IMG/VR virus record: IMGVR_UViG_3300044233_005517
Strand: one strand, 5' to 3'
Source of the DNA: an uncultured virus (IMG/VR IMGVR_UViG_3300044233_005517)
Lineage: Duplodnaviria > Heunggongvirae > Uroviricota > Caudoviricetes
Length of the DNA: 64,000 bases
Part shown: positions 32,820 through 42,757 of the stretch, piece after piece
Layout: each line of letters starts with the position of its first letter
How positions within the stretch are numbered: position 1 is the first letter of the stretch
Notes under the pieces: model-generated
What the model was told of the DNA's origin: nothing
Databases searched by the model: none
Seen by the model: the letters and a program-made list of their open reading frames with translations, nothing else
Program-made: the position numbers and the translations under genes

Positions 32820-33505
32820 TTCTTTTTATAAGAAGAATACTCGCCCCTAAACCTTTTCAGGTTGTTTAAAATCTGTTTTGTATTCAGGTTTGTCATTTCC
32901 CTTATATAAAGATAAATAGCTTTTTTATTAAAAATTTCGATGTCTTCGGCGTCCCTAAACAGTATCTTTATTGCCTCAAGGATCTTTTTTTCGTTTTCTT
33001 TTAATGTAAACTTGTTTTCCCAATTATGAACTTCGGATAGAAAACCAGACATAAATTCGTCTTTGTTTCTCTCTTCTTCGTAATCATTAAAGGTAGCAAG
33101 GTATTCTATCTCTACTTTCTTTGATATTTCGTCATATTTTGCTTCCCTTTTCATTTGGATAGCGTTCTTCTTGACGCGAGCAATAAACCAGTTTTTTGTA
33201 ACAACACTGAAATAAGAGAAGGCTTTAGAGCCTTTGCTCTCATCAAAGTTGGAAAGTATTGTTATAAGGTGAATCTCGCACTCTTCTTTTAGGGCATCAA
33301 TATTTGGTAAGCTACCAAACTTGTAAGTAAAAACTATTTTGTTGATCATCTCAACAAATACAGGTCTAATCGTGTTTTGATAGAGATCATTTTTTCTCTT
33401 GTTATTGTTGCAAGAGATGTATTCAAGTATTGCATCTTCATGCACTTGAGTAAAGTACTGATTACTCTTCTTTTTCCGCTTCTTCTTTGTCATATTCTTC
33501 ATCAA
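32807..33505 (-). CDS. Phage late-transcription sigma factor (T4 gp55-like)
   Basis: Sigma region-2-like segment NFDESKGSKAFSYFSVVTKNWF matches the gp55-type FD..K...F.YF pattern; about 230 aa. Confidence 0.7.
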   Translation of the reverse strand: MMKNMTKKKRKKKSNQYFTQVHEDAILEYISCNNNKRKNDLYQNTIRPVFVEMINKIVFTYKFGSLPNIDALKEECEIHLITILSNFDESKGSKAFSYFSVVTKNWFIARVKKNAIQMKREAKYDEISKKVEIEYLATFNDYEEERNKDEFMSGFLSEVHNWENKFTLKENEKKILEAIKILFRDAEDIEIFNKKAIYLYIREMTNLNTKQILNNLKRFRGEYSSYKKKWNE

Positions 33506-33821
33506 CCTTGTTAAGAACTTCTATTAAATCTGGTTGAGTAAAAGAATATATGTTTTCGTATCTACCGAGAAAGTTATAAAAATCCTTTGTATGGTCTAAT
33601 AGGGATTGTAGGGTTTCGTCACCATAAAAAGTTGGCAACTCATATACGGTATTGAGATGACTTGCGTATGTTTGCAATCTAGTGAAGAGTTCTGCCGACT
33701 CTTCAGAGGAAACAATTATTGGGATTATTTTTGTGCGAACGTAATAATATAATACCGCAGAAATTCCAATAAACAATAAAGCAATTAAGCTTAAAATAAT
33801 ATGTAATAAATCAATGTTCAT
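33462..33821 (-). CDS. Hypothetical membrane-anchored protein
   Basis: N-terminal TM helix LLHIILSLIALLFIGISAVLYYYV. Confidence 0.6.
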   Translation of the reverse strand: MNIDLLHIILSLIALLFIGISAVLYYYVRTKIIPIIVSSEESAELFTRLQTYASHLNTVYELPTFYGDETLQSLLDHTKDFYNFLGRYENIYSFTQPDLIEVLNKVDEEYDKEEAEKEE

Positions 33822-34068
33822 GCTTTCTGTTTTTTAAACTTTGTTTTGCTTCTTCGATATCCTTTTTCGATTCCTCTATTGTTTCTTTGACTAATGTTCC
33901 AACTGCACTTTCTTTTTCAACTTTTTTTGAGTAGTTGAATGAAGCTGGAATTTTATTTAAGCATTTGTCACTTCCACAACTATTGCAAACATCATGTATC
34001 TCATTTAATCTATGAGATATTATATATGATATTTTACATTTGTTGCAGTAATAAGTGTATTTAGGCAT
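33811..34068 (-). CDS. FmdB-family zinc-ribbon protein
   Basis: MPKYTYYCNKC...CNSCGS. Confidence 0.8.
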   Translation of the reverse strand: MPKYTYYCNKCKISYIISHRLNEIHDVCNSCGSDKCLNKIPASFNYSKKVEKESAVGTLVKETIEESKKDIEEAKQSLKNRKHEH

Positions 34069-34345
34069 CTTCGTTTGTGTTTTTTGCAGTGGTTCGCTTT
34101 TTTGTTGTCTTCTTTTTTGTAGTTCGCTTTTTTCTCTTCTTTGGGGTCACAACTTCTTTATTGTTTTCCTCTTGTAAGGAAATGGTAGGAGGATTATTTA
34201 CAATCAATCCATCAACAGAATTTAAAATTTCAAAATCTTTTAAAATATGTGTAATGTCTGTTTGTTCAAGAATTCCTTTTTGTAGAGCCAACATAATAGC
34301 TCCCACTGCCTGATTTGATAATTTATATTTAGAACTAATTTCCAT
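34061..34345 (-). CDS. Hypothetical protein with Lys/Arg/Thr-rich tail
   Basis: 94 aa; ends KKRKKRTTKKKTTKKRTTAK; GGAG SD. Confidence 0.6.
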   Translation of the reverse strand: MEISSKYKLSNQAVGAIMLALQKGILEQTDITHILKDFEILNSVDGLIVNNPPTISLQEENNKEVVTPKKRKKRTTKKKTTKKRTTAKNTNEDA

Positions 34346-34348
34346 ATC

Positions 34349-35317
34349 TTATTCTCCCTTATTTAAAGCTGACAGAGTTTCTTCCCAGCTTGTAAAGCTG
34401 ATAGCTTTATCATCAATATAAAACTTTGCTCTTGGCTTTTCAGCAGTTACTTTATTAACATACTGTTTCAAGTTATGTTTTTCTAGCCATTCCCAAACCA
34501 ATTGCGTACCTGATTTTCCATTAACCAAACCACGATCTGGTTTTGCTTTGCAGGTATATACCACGATATTAAATTTAGAAGAAAGCTCTTTTAAAGCATC
34601 ATGGACACCTTCTACAGGATCATCATAAATTGTCCCGTCATGATATCCCTTTGAGCACTTATGAATAACGCCATCAAAATCTACGCCAATGTTAATTTCT
34701 TCGTCAGGATAAGAATGTTCTCTAATTCCTTTATTCCAATTTAGTTTTTCAAGATCTCCTGGTGTGTTCTTTCCAATGGGCGGACATTCTTTTCCAGAGC
34801 CATGTGTTAGTTGATATTGCAAAAGCAAACTTAAACATTCTGCTGTATGGTAATATTCTACACCAAGAACAACTTGTGACAAATTTTTAATTTCTTCGAC
34901 AATCGGAACCGCAGTCACTAAAGATACTTGCATACCATTATCAGACGCCCACTGGAGAGCCTTATTGACATCTTTTGATCTTCCAGATGAAGAAATACCA
35001 TAAACTAATGATTTTGACATTTGTTCTTTTGTTCTTGTGGATGTTCTTTGTTTTAGCCAAGCCACCATCCATTGATCAAAATCAGTATCATTGATAAGAG
35101 ATGTTGCAACAACACAACTACCAGGACACATGGCGTTTTTAGTTCCATTTGAAAGGCGCGTCATATCTACAGCAGTATGATCAGCAACACCCATATTACC
35201 ACCATGACCAAGCACATAAATATCATCACACATATTGTATTTTTCTTGAAGCTGTCTCCACTCTTCAGATTCAACAATTTCAAAAAATTTATTAGATAAG
35301 TTTTCTATATCAAGCAT
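34349..35317 (-). CDS. SIS-domain (GmhA-like) sugar-phosphate isomerase fused to a HAD phosphatase
   Basis: IYVLGHGGN...AD H; GISSSGRSKDV...A (SIS); VDFDGVIH...YTC...KP...YIDDKA (HAD). Confidence 0.8.
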   Translation of the reverse strand: MLDIENLSNKFFEIVESEEWRQLQEKYNMCDDIYVLGHGGNMGVADHTAVDMTRLSNGTKNAMCPGSCVVATSLINDTDFDQWMVAWLKQRTSTRTKEQMSKSLVYGISSSGRSKDVNKALQWASDNGMQVSLVTAVPIVEEIKNLSQVVLGVEYYHTAECLSLLLQYQLTHGSGKECPPIGKNTPGDLEKLNWNKGIREHSYPDEEINIGVDFDGVIHKCSKGYHDGTIYDDPVEGVHDALKELSSKFNIVVYTCKAKPDRGLVNGKSGTQLVWEWLEKHNLKQYVNKVTAEKPRAKFYIDDKAISFTSWEETLSALNKGE

Positions 35318-36004
35318 TTAATATTTCTCCAGTTTTTTAAGACTATCAATTAGCATTGTTGTATCCATACCAAGGGCTAATAAGCCAAAATTTTTATATT
35401 TATTTATTTGTCCATCAATTTCACTTGGTATATGGATACCTAATTTTTCTTCACCTATAATATCATGTATATTCTTGATTTTCAACATAAATTTTTCATC
35501 ATCAAACTGATGTGGTATTTTCATGCTCATTGATAAATCGTAAGGTCCAATAAGATAATAATCAAAATTAAATTTTGCTATATCTTTTAAATTAGAAACC
35601 CCCTTCTCACTTTCTATTTGAGCGACCAGTAGAGGCTTTTTTCCTATTAAATTAGGGTTTTTTCCCCAAGAATTTGCCCTTACCAAGCCTAACCCTCGTG
35701 TTCCACCTTGAGTAGGAAAATTACAATAATTATGAATATTTTCGCTTTGCTCTACAGACTCAACTGTTGAAAAAATTAAACCATCAACACCTGCGTCTAA
35801 ACAATATCTAATCATTGTTTTATTAACTTCGGTAAGTCTCACAAAGCACTTCTTATTTTTTAATGTAATTGTTTGAATACACATGTAAAGGGACTCGTTA
35901 TTAAAGCACCCGTGCTCTGTATCTAGAACTATTCCGTCAAATTCTGAAGTGCAAAAGATTTCAGATATAGTATAGTGAGGTATTTGCTGCCACGCTAATT
36001 TCAT
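35318..36004 (-). CDS. HpcH/HpaI family pyruvate-dependent aldolase
   Basis: LDTEHG, VR, LDAG, G.RG.G, AQIES..GV.N, IGPYDLS.S. Confidence 0.9.
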   Translation of the reverse strand: MKLAWQQIPHYTISEIFCTSEFDGIVLDTEHGCFNNESLYMCIQTITLKNKKCFVRLTEVNKTMIRYCLDAGVDGLIFSTVESVEQSENIHNYCNFPTQGGTRGLGLVRANSWGKNPNLIGKKPLLVAQIESEKGVSNLKDIAKFNFDYYLIGPYDLSMSMKIPHQFDDEKFMLKIKNIHDIIGEEKLGIHIPSEIDGQINKYKNFGLLALGMDTTMLIDSLKKLEKY

Positions 36005-36423
36005 TTTTTATATTCCTGTATATAATCACAACACACCCCAGCACAATTTTCTGTTATTTTGTTTTTCGGCATTACCGCAATAGAAATTTCTGTTAATTTA
36101 CTTCCTGGATATGCCCATATCCAACCATTACTCGTGAGTGTGTGCTCATCTTCTTGGTGCCAAAAGCAATGTATATTGTTTTTTAACATATGTTTTAGTG
36201 CATCAATATTTTTAGCATGACACCATAATTTAGAGTTTTTTAAAAAATTTATGTTAATAGGGTATTGAGGTTCATCATGACCTAAAAACCAATTTCCATT
36301 ACTATACCACACATCTATTTCAACGTCAAAACCTTTTTGAATAGCAGACTCAATATAAGAAGGTGAGTTTTCTTTATCGGGAATTCTACCATTAAGGTTT
36401 CCACGATGAGATATTAAGATCAT
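36001..36423 (-). CDS. Glycerophosphodiester phosphodiesterase-like protein
   Basis: ISHRGN...ENS...GFDVEIDV...LGHD...WCHAKN; start set at the ATGA overlap at 36423. Confidence 0.75.
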   Translation of the reverse strand: MILISHRGNLNGRIPDKENSPSYIESAIQKGFDVEIDVWYSNGNWFLGHDEPQYPININFLKNSKLWCHAKNIDALKHMLKNNIHCFWHQEDEHTLTSNGWIWAYPGSKLTEISIAVMPKNKITENCAGVCCDYIQEYKK

Positions 36424-37115
36424 TTTTTCACCACATATGCTGTTGGACAAATATAATTTAATGATTTTATTTCTACATCTTTGTCTTGAAAAAAACGATC
36501 AGCCCCAGAAGCTTCAGACCACTTATGAAAACCGTATTCGTCAAAAACTATAATTCCACCTTTAGAAACTCGATCCCATAAAGCGTTTAATGTCTCATAA
36601 GTAGGTACATCTAAATCCAAATCAATATACAATAAAGAAATTCTAAAACCAGGACGACTTGCAGCATATTCATACGCACTTTGAGTTATGTCGCCTGGTA
36701 CTAATTCAAATTCATGATCCTCAAATCCGTTTTTTTTTATAAAATCATTAAATGCCTCTACGTGACTGCTGCCATGTTTATAATTTCTTTGCTCAAACAA
36801 GGTTTTCATAGCCTCTTTATCGATGCCAGCCAAACTCTCAATAAGCTTGTCGGAATTAAAAAAATCAAAACCAACAACCTTTTTACCTGAATTTGGACAC
36901 AAATACCTTTTCAACTTTAGAAAAGTAAACAAGCCGGTGCCCTTAAAAACGCCACACTCTACGATGTCTCCTGGAATGTCTTTAATTTGATTGACCAACA
37001 AAGATCGTGCTAAAAGTTTGCCAAAAACTTTTGTATCGGGGCTTAAAATAAAGCCATTAAAGCTATCATAGAGGGCTTGAGAGATATCAACTATTTCAAG
37101 TTCTTTAAGTTTCAT
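36420..37115 (-). CDS. TylF/MycF-family sugar O-methyltransferase
   Basis: PGDIVECGVFKG...GFDFF...LLYIDLDL..PT...GGIIVFDEY. Confidence 0.88.
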   Translation of the reverse strand: MKLKELEIVDISQALYDSFNGFILSPDTKVFGKLLARSLLVNQIKDIPGDIVECGVFKGTGLFTFLKLKRYLCPNSGKKVVGFDFFNSDKLIESLAGIDKEAMKTLFEQRNYKHGSSHVEAFNDFIKKNGFEDHEFELVPGDITQSAYEYAASRPGFRISLLYIDLDLDVPTYETLNALWDRVSKGGIIVFDEYGFHKWSEASGADRFFQDKDVEIKSLNYICPTAYVVKK

Positions 37116-37116
37116 A

Positions 37117-38487
37117 CTATTTCCCGTAAAATTTATAATAGTTTTCTAAATCTTCAGGGGTTCCCAACCCCCACATTCCATCAATGTGGAAAGTTTTGAT
37201 TTTTTTGCCTGCACCTATGGCTTCATTGAACACTGGACAGACATAAAACTCGTTATTAAACCTAACATTCTTTTCTATCATTTGTTCTGCATATTTTACA
37301 TAATCAGAACCGTGTTTCCAATAATAGATTCCAGTTGTTGCAATATCACTAATTGGTTTTTTTTCTGCAACTTCAGACACAAAACCATCTTCATCTAATT
37401 TAGCAAAACTCCACTTTGGGTGGGTGGCAGTAAAAGATAAAATTCCTCCATCAACACCGTCTGCTTCCATAGAATACATAAATTCATTACTATCCCAATC
37501 TAAAAATTGATCAGAATTTGCAAATACTAAAGGTTCATCATTATCAATAAATTCTTTTGCCAAGAGTGTTGTACATGCTGCACCTTCAGTCATTCCATCT
37601 ACTTGAACAATTTTACAACCTGGAGAGATCAGATTTAAAAGATGCTTCAGATTGTATTTTTCATAATGAGATTTCTGAACCACAAAAATATGACGAGCGT
37701 CGATGTTTAAATTTTCTACTACTAATTGAATCATTGGTTTTCCATTCACCTCAATTAGGGGCTTTGGAAATGTATATCCCGCTTTGGCAAAACGAGATCC
37801 AGCGCCTGCCATAGGAATTAAAACATTCATTTTTCCTCCTTGCCATTTAGGTCTTAAAGAGTCTTTTCCATTTGCTTTAGAAATGGTGTTAGCTATTTTA
37901 TCATAAGTTACATCACTGCTGTTTTTTACTGCACAAAGATGAGCGCCTGAATTGATAGCGCCTTTTCTGCCAATATGAGAATCTTCTACAATAACTGTTT
38001 CATGAGGTCCCACACCAGCTTTTAACATACATCGCAAGTATATTTCAGTATCGGGTTTAGGTTTTGTGACATCTTGATTAGAAAAAAGAAAATCAATATG
38101 TTCAAAAAACCCTCTTCTGATTAACTGTAATTTGGCTGTATCTCTAATAGAATTTGTTGCACAAGCTACTTTATATCCTTCAGATTTAAACTTTTTTAAG
38201 ACTTTAGAGATTCTTTCGTCCTTTTCAAACTCGTTAATGATTTTAAGAGTTTTCTCTTGTTTAAGCTTCCATACAGAGTTGTGCAATTTTTCTGGTAGAC
38301 CTTTAGAATTTGTTAACATGGACAATTTTTTAGAAGTAGATAGACCATCATATGTGGAAAGATGCTCCTGTCTTTCAATAACATATTGAGGATCAATGTC
38401 AGCTAAAGCTTCATTAAGTGCATTATAGTGTAATTCTCTAGCATCCACTAGAACACCATCCAAATCAAATATAATAAGTTTAATCAA
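37117..38487 (-). CDS. HAD phosphatase fused to a sugar nucleotidyltransferase-like domain
   Basis: IIFDLDGVLVD...KPKPDTEIY...VEDS..G (HAD); NVLIPMAGAGSRF..AGY..PKPLI (NTP transferase). Confidence 0.88.
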   Translation of the reverse strand: MIKLIIFDLDGVLVDARELHYNALNEALADIDPQYVIERQEHLSTYDGLSTSKKLSMLTNSKGLPEKLHNSVWKLKQEKTLKIINEFEKDERISKVLKKFKSEGYKVACATNSIRDTAKLQLIRRGFFEHIDFLFSNQDVTKPKPDTEIYLRCMLKAGVGPHETVIVEDSHIGRKGAINSGAHLCAVKNSSDVTYDKIANTISKANGKDSLRPKWQGGKMNVLIPMAGAGSRFAKAGYTFPKPLIEVNGKPMIQLVVENLNIDARHIFVVQKSHYEKYNLKHLLNLISPGCKIVQVDGMTEGAACTTLLAKEFIDNDEPLVFANSDQFLDWDSNEFMYSMEADGVDGGILSFTATHPKWSFAKLDEDGFVSEVAEKKPISDIATTGIYYWKHGSDYVKYAEQMIEKNVRFNNEFYVCPVFNEAIGAGKKIKTFHIDGMWGLGTPEDLENYYKFYGK

Positions 38488-39413
38488 TCTCTAAATCTCC
38501 TATTTGGCATAAATGGATGAACATCAATATCAAGCTCTTTATTGGCATCTAGCCATAAATCACCTTTGCGCCATCCTACATAATTTTTATCTTTTAGTTC
38601 TATATCTTTTTCAAAATAATAATATTGAACAAAGTTGGGTTCTTTTGGTAACGATGGAGGATTTTCAATAAAATCTTTAGACCATTTGGTTAACCAACCA
38701 TAGTATTTTGGCTGCTCTTTCCATGTATCTTTCCATTTCCAATAGAATATTTGAGAAGTGTGATACCAACCTTCTTTTGAGACATCGTTACTTTTTATCT
38801 TTCTCCACTCTGGCTCTCCTCCTTGATAGTTGGAAGTATCAAGTGGTAACGCATCTTGTTCATTCAATAGTCTACCATGAATTTTATCGTTTATTAAAGA
38901 ATGTTTTTTGTTGCAAATAAGAGCACGAATATAATAATCAGCCTCTTTATTAGCAGGAGTCAGAAACCTTTCATCCCACATACCAATTTTTTTAACAGCT
39001 TCAGGTCGATAACTGATTATGTTGTCTCCTAGTTGACCAGTGACAAAATTATAATTTTTATGCATTTTTAATAAATTAGTAGCCCAATTGGGGTGCAAAA
39101 CAATATCATTTTGCATGGTAACTACAATTTTAGAGTCTGGGTTGTTCAGATCCTTGAATCCGTGCAATAATGCCTCATTCCAGTTACGAGCTAGATTTCC
39201 TGTATCCCAATCGGGTCTAGTATTATTGTGGATAACATTAACTTTGTCTTTAAATTCCTCTTCAAGAAAAAATTCAGAATGATTGTTAATTATGTTTACC
39301 TCGGTGTTTGGTATAGATATAAAATCTGTTTTATTAAAAAGAATATCTAAAGTTTTATTTAAAATGCCAGTTCTTCTATAAGTTACTATAAATATTTTTA
39401 AATTTTTCAACAC
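38484..39413 (-). CDS. GT2-like glycosyltransferase
   Basis: IFIVTYRR...IINNHS...LARNWN...QNDI...KKIGMWDERF...EADY. Confidence 0.7.
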   Translation of the reverse strand: MLKNLKIFIVTYRRTGILNKTLDILFNKTDFISIPNTEVNIINNHSEFFLEEEFKDKVNVIHNNTRPDWDTGNLARNWNEALLHGFKDLNNPDSKIVVTMQNDIVLHPNWATNLLKMHKNYNFVTGQLGDNIISYRPEAVKKIGMWDERFLTPANKEADYYIRALICNKKHSLINDKIHGRLLNEQDALPLDTSNYQGGEPEWRKIKSNDVSKEGWYHTSQIFYWKWKDTWKEQPKYYGWLTKWSKDFIENPPSLPKEPNFVQYYYFEKDIELKDKNYVGWRKGDLWLDANKELDIDVHPFMPNRRFRD

Positions 39414-40216
39414 TATTCATCCTTTTTTTTAGGAGTCAATAGATAATATTCTAATCCAACATGAGAATCAATCAGAGTGTAAACATAGTCGCTTTTAATT
39501 ATTTTTTTAATATCTTCAATGGAGACAGAGCCGTAATTTGCTCCCGTATGAACTTCTAAAAAAATACATGGCTTAAACTTCTCTATGAAAGAAGGCGCAC
39601 CTTTTATAACCTTGCATTCTGCACCCTCAACATCAATTTTAACCAAATCTACATAATCAAATTTATCTACAAAGTCATCTAATTTTAAAGCATCATATTC
39701 AACATCAATTGATTTTCTATTTGGTCGATCTACTTTAACTATTGTACTGCTTCCTGCGCCGCCGCCGGAGGATAAACATTCATAATGTCTTAATTTTTCT
39801 GTACTATTAGCACCGTCACTAACAATATTTTCATATATATCAATATTATATTCAGTGTCATCTGTAGAGTCGGGAAGTTTTTCATAGCACTTGTTTATGT
39901 TTTCTAACAACACTACTTTTCTTGGCTCTTCGGGTTCAAAACACACAATGTTGGCTTTTTTCGTTTTTTGCATAACTGAAATGGCATAAACACCTTCGGC
40001 AGTTCCAATGTCAAAAAAACAAATGTTTCTTTTACCTTGTAATCTATTATTTATTTTTGTCACTGTTTTTATAAAGTAAGACAGCATATTCTCTGGGAAG
40101 AAGTTAGTTTCAATGAATCTTTTAGATGTTTGTCTAAATTCTTCTATGCGAATATTTCTCGACTTCTCTGAAAGGCTTTCGTTTTTACATTTGTTATGGT
40201 ATACTTCTATATTCAT
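39413..40216 (-). CDS. FkbM-family methyltransferase
   Basis: FFDIGTAEG...FEP...LDDF...VKIDVEGAE..VIKGA. Confidence 0.88.
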   Translation of the reverse strand: MNIEVYHNKCKNESLSEKSRNIRIEEFRQTSKRFIETNFFPENMLSYFIKTVTKINNRLQGKRNICFFDIGTAEGVYAISVMQKTKKANIVCFEPEEPRKVVLLENINKCYEKLPDSTDDTEYNIDIYENIVSDGANSTEKLRHYECLSSGGGAGSSTIVKVDRPNRKSIDVEYDALKLDDFVDKFDYVDLVKIDVEGAECKVIKGAPSFIEKFKPCIFLEVHTGANYGSVSIEDIKKIIKSDYVYTLIDSHVGLEYYLLTPKKKDE

Positions 40217-40223
40217 TTTTTCC

Positions 40224-40865
40224 TCATTTTTTTAAATTGATTGCAAAGTTCCAATCATCTTCATTATCGATATCAACACTCTCTATTTTATCAATTGGAT
40301 AGAAAAACGGATTAGTCCCTATACGACTATTAAGATTTATAATAACTTCAGGCTTAAAAATATAAAACGCTGAATTTTCTTCATAATAAGGAGGCAAATC
40401 CTGCGTTTGTTCCATCTTAACTGGATTATGATTTACCGGACAATATCCATACTTTTCTTTTCTCCACAACCTAGAGTTTAATTGATTACATGAAACCACA
40501 GAATCATATTCAGTTAAATAATCACTAGCTAATTTTACTGTCTTCTCACTTAAAAAAGGGCTTGTAACATGAGTTTGTACAATGGGGCAATTTATTGAAA
40601 AATCTATAATAAAACTTTTTATTAAATCACAAACAGACACCTTGTCACCTTTTAGATGCTCTTTTCTTTCAATAATGTTGACATTTCTTAAATCGTCATC
40701 AGTTTTTATTAAAGATTTTAGTTCTTCGCTATCAGTATCTACAAAAACATCATGTTTTTTATATTTTATCAAAGTTCTTTTAAAAAGAGGAGCACCATCA
40801 AAAATGCGAAAATTTTTTCTTGGGACTCTTTGAGAATTGTGCTTAATTGGTACAAATACAATCAT
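40224..40865 (-). CDS. Acylneuraminate/ulosonate cytidylyltransferase (NeuA/KdsB family)
   Basis: VPIKHNSQRVPRKN...VDTDS...TSPF...TQDLP..YEENSAFYIF...DIDNEDDW. Confidence 0.88.
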   Translation of the reverse strand: MIVFVPIKHNSQRVPRKNFRIFDGAPLFKRTLIKYKKHDVFVDTDSEELKSLIKTDDDLRNVNIIERKEHLKGDKVSVCDLIKSFIIDFSINCPIVQTHVTSPFLSEKTVKLASDYLTEYDSVVSCNQLNSRLWRKEKYGYCPVNHNPVKMEQTQDLPPYYEENSAFYIFKPEVIINLNSRIGTNPFFYPIDKIESVDIDNEDDWNFAINLKK

Positions 40866-42757
40866 CGTGTTTCGTTTTTAAATTTAGGAAGTTGAATAAA
40901 TTTATCTATTCTTTTTTCCATATCGTCATCCATTATTTTATCATATATTGTCTGATCTAATTTAAATCTTTTATCTTTTAATAAAACATTTTTACAGTGC
41001 ATTATTTGAGATATTTGATCATGTAAAATTTTGTCTGGTCCTAAATGCCGACCTTCATTTCCATAAGTATTTATATAAGCCTGATTGTATTTTTGCTCAT
41101 TTGTTTGAGGTATACCTGTATTGTAAAAATCTACCCCAAATACAGCCAATTCATCAAGAGGATAAGACATCAGTACGTTTAAAGCACCATATCCAGAATT
41201 AAAATTTGCTGAATAAGTGGTATAAGAGCCTTTTGCAAACTTTTCAATATGTTGTTTGGCATAAATTTCCCAATAAAGTGCCCACCTATCCCAAGTTCCA
41301 TCTTTATTTTTTAAGTGAATTAGTGGAATATTCATCTCTTCAAAGATTGGTTCATACACTTCATCCACAAACGCCCATTGACCATTATCTTTTAATTCAC
41401 TGGCAGTATCATTACAAATAACAAATTTAGGTTTTTTATCTTCACTAACATTTTTTAAGTGATTTACCAATGGAGGACCGTAATTTGAGTTTAAACAACT
41501 TTGAATTATATCAGAGCGACTTCCGTAATCATCCACGTTTAATATATCATGCTGAATCCTGACAACAATATCGTATGAGTCAATCTCTCTTCCTTTGTTT
41601 TGTCCATTCAAATAAGGGGAGGGACCTACAAAAGCCACCTTTTTGCCGCTCAAATACTCTTTAAGTCCTTGATCAGTATTACAAGATTTGTAAAAAAGAG
41701 AGTTATTGTTTATTTTTTGATAACGCGCAACGCATTCTGATGTTGTTAACTTTTTACTTGTTTTTATATTTTTATTAACTTCTTTTGCTATATCGATCCA
41801 AGGGTTGGTATTTGTTATTAGATCTTTAAATGAAACCTTTAATAAAACTTTATCGACTTTATCAAAATCTTCACTAGAAACATCAGATAGTTGCTGACAT
41901 ATATCAACATCAATACTATCAAAATGTTCATGTTGTAAATCAAAGAACTTTTCTATTTTTGATTTATCAAAGAAATTTGTAATTTCTTTATTTTTATTGA
42001 CAGGTATTTTTCCATTTTTTGCTATATTTTGAAAAACTTCCTTAATCAACATAGAATTATATTTCTTTTTTTCATTGGGTGAATGTTTATCAATAATATC
42101 AATTCGTTTAAACGCAGGTCTTATCCATTTCCACATCTCGTTCATTCGATAATCATTCCAAGCTCCATCTTGATTATGGGGGGCTTCAAAATCGGTATTC
42201 CCATTGTCATAAACCATTTTGTGGCTACACACAACATATCTCAAAAATGGTATTTCTAAAATATTAAAAAGATGACAGGCTTCAACACCTCCTCCAAATT
42301 TTGTAATCATGGGAAAAAACCAATTTAATAAACTGTGATGGACAACCTTCATGCCACAATGACTAAAAGGGATAATAGAGCTTTCTCTACTGTCACGATA
42401 TTCAATATTTTTAGCATACGGAGTAATCAGCCCGTTCCCAGGATAATATGTTAATACTGCTGGATTATACTCATTTAGATCTTCTAGTATTTGATCTCTA
42501 GGATTTAAATTTCCTAGGGGTCTAAAATTGTAATCATAATCTACAAATGCATAGTATTCATAGTTTTTTGGAACTTTAGCAGCTAAAATGTTCCTGGTGT
42601 CTGTCCAGGTTGTCTGTGGACAAAAATCTAAAGCTTCTTCGTGTTGTTCATCATGCGTAACAAAATAAAAATCACAATCAGGATTTTTAGAAAAATATTT
42701 TACGTGTTCTTGATTTGGAGTTGAGGGAGTTACTTGCAATACACAGAACTTTTTCAT
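40862..42757 (-). CDS. Two-domain glycosyltransferase with C-terminal GT29 (sialyltransferase)-like domain
   Basis: KKVAFVGPSPYL.G...G.EIDSYDIVVRI resembles sialylmotif L; NSGYGAL..L....DEL.VFGVDFY resembles sialylmotif S; late His (LHDQ); N-terminal GT-A-like DYD motif; start set at the ATGA overlap. Confidence 0.65.
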   Translation of the reverse strand: MKKFCVLQVTPSTPNQEHVKYFSKNPDCDFYFVTHDEQHEEALDFCPQTTWTDTRNILAAKVPKNYEYYAFVDYDYNFRPLGNLNPRDQILEDLNEYNPAVLTYYPGNGLITPYAKNIEYRDSRESSIIPFSHCGMKVVHHSLLNWFFPMITKFGGGVEACHLFNILEIPFLRYVVCSHKMVYDNGNTDFEAPHNQDGAWNDYRMNEMWKWIRPAFKRIDIIDKHSPNEKKKYNSMLIKEVFQNIAKNGKIPVNKNKEITNFFDKSKIEKFFDLQHEHFDSIDVDICQQLSDVSSEDFDKVDKVLLKVSFKDLITNTNPWIDIAKEVNKNIKTSKKLTTSECVARYQKINNNSLFYKSCNTDQGLKEYLSGKKVAFVGPSPYLNGQNKGREIDSYDIVVRIQHDILNVDDYGSRSDIIQSCLNSNYGPPLVNHLKNVSEDKKPKFVICNDTASELKDNGQWAFVDEVYEPIFEEMNIPLIHLKNKDGTWDRWALYWEIYAKQHIEKFAKGSYTTYSANFNSGYGALNVLMSYPLDELAVFGVDFYNTGIPQTNEQKYNQAYINTYGNEGRHLGPDKILHDQISQIMHCKNVLLKDKRFKLDQTIYDKIMDDDMEKRIDKFIQLPKFKNETR

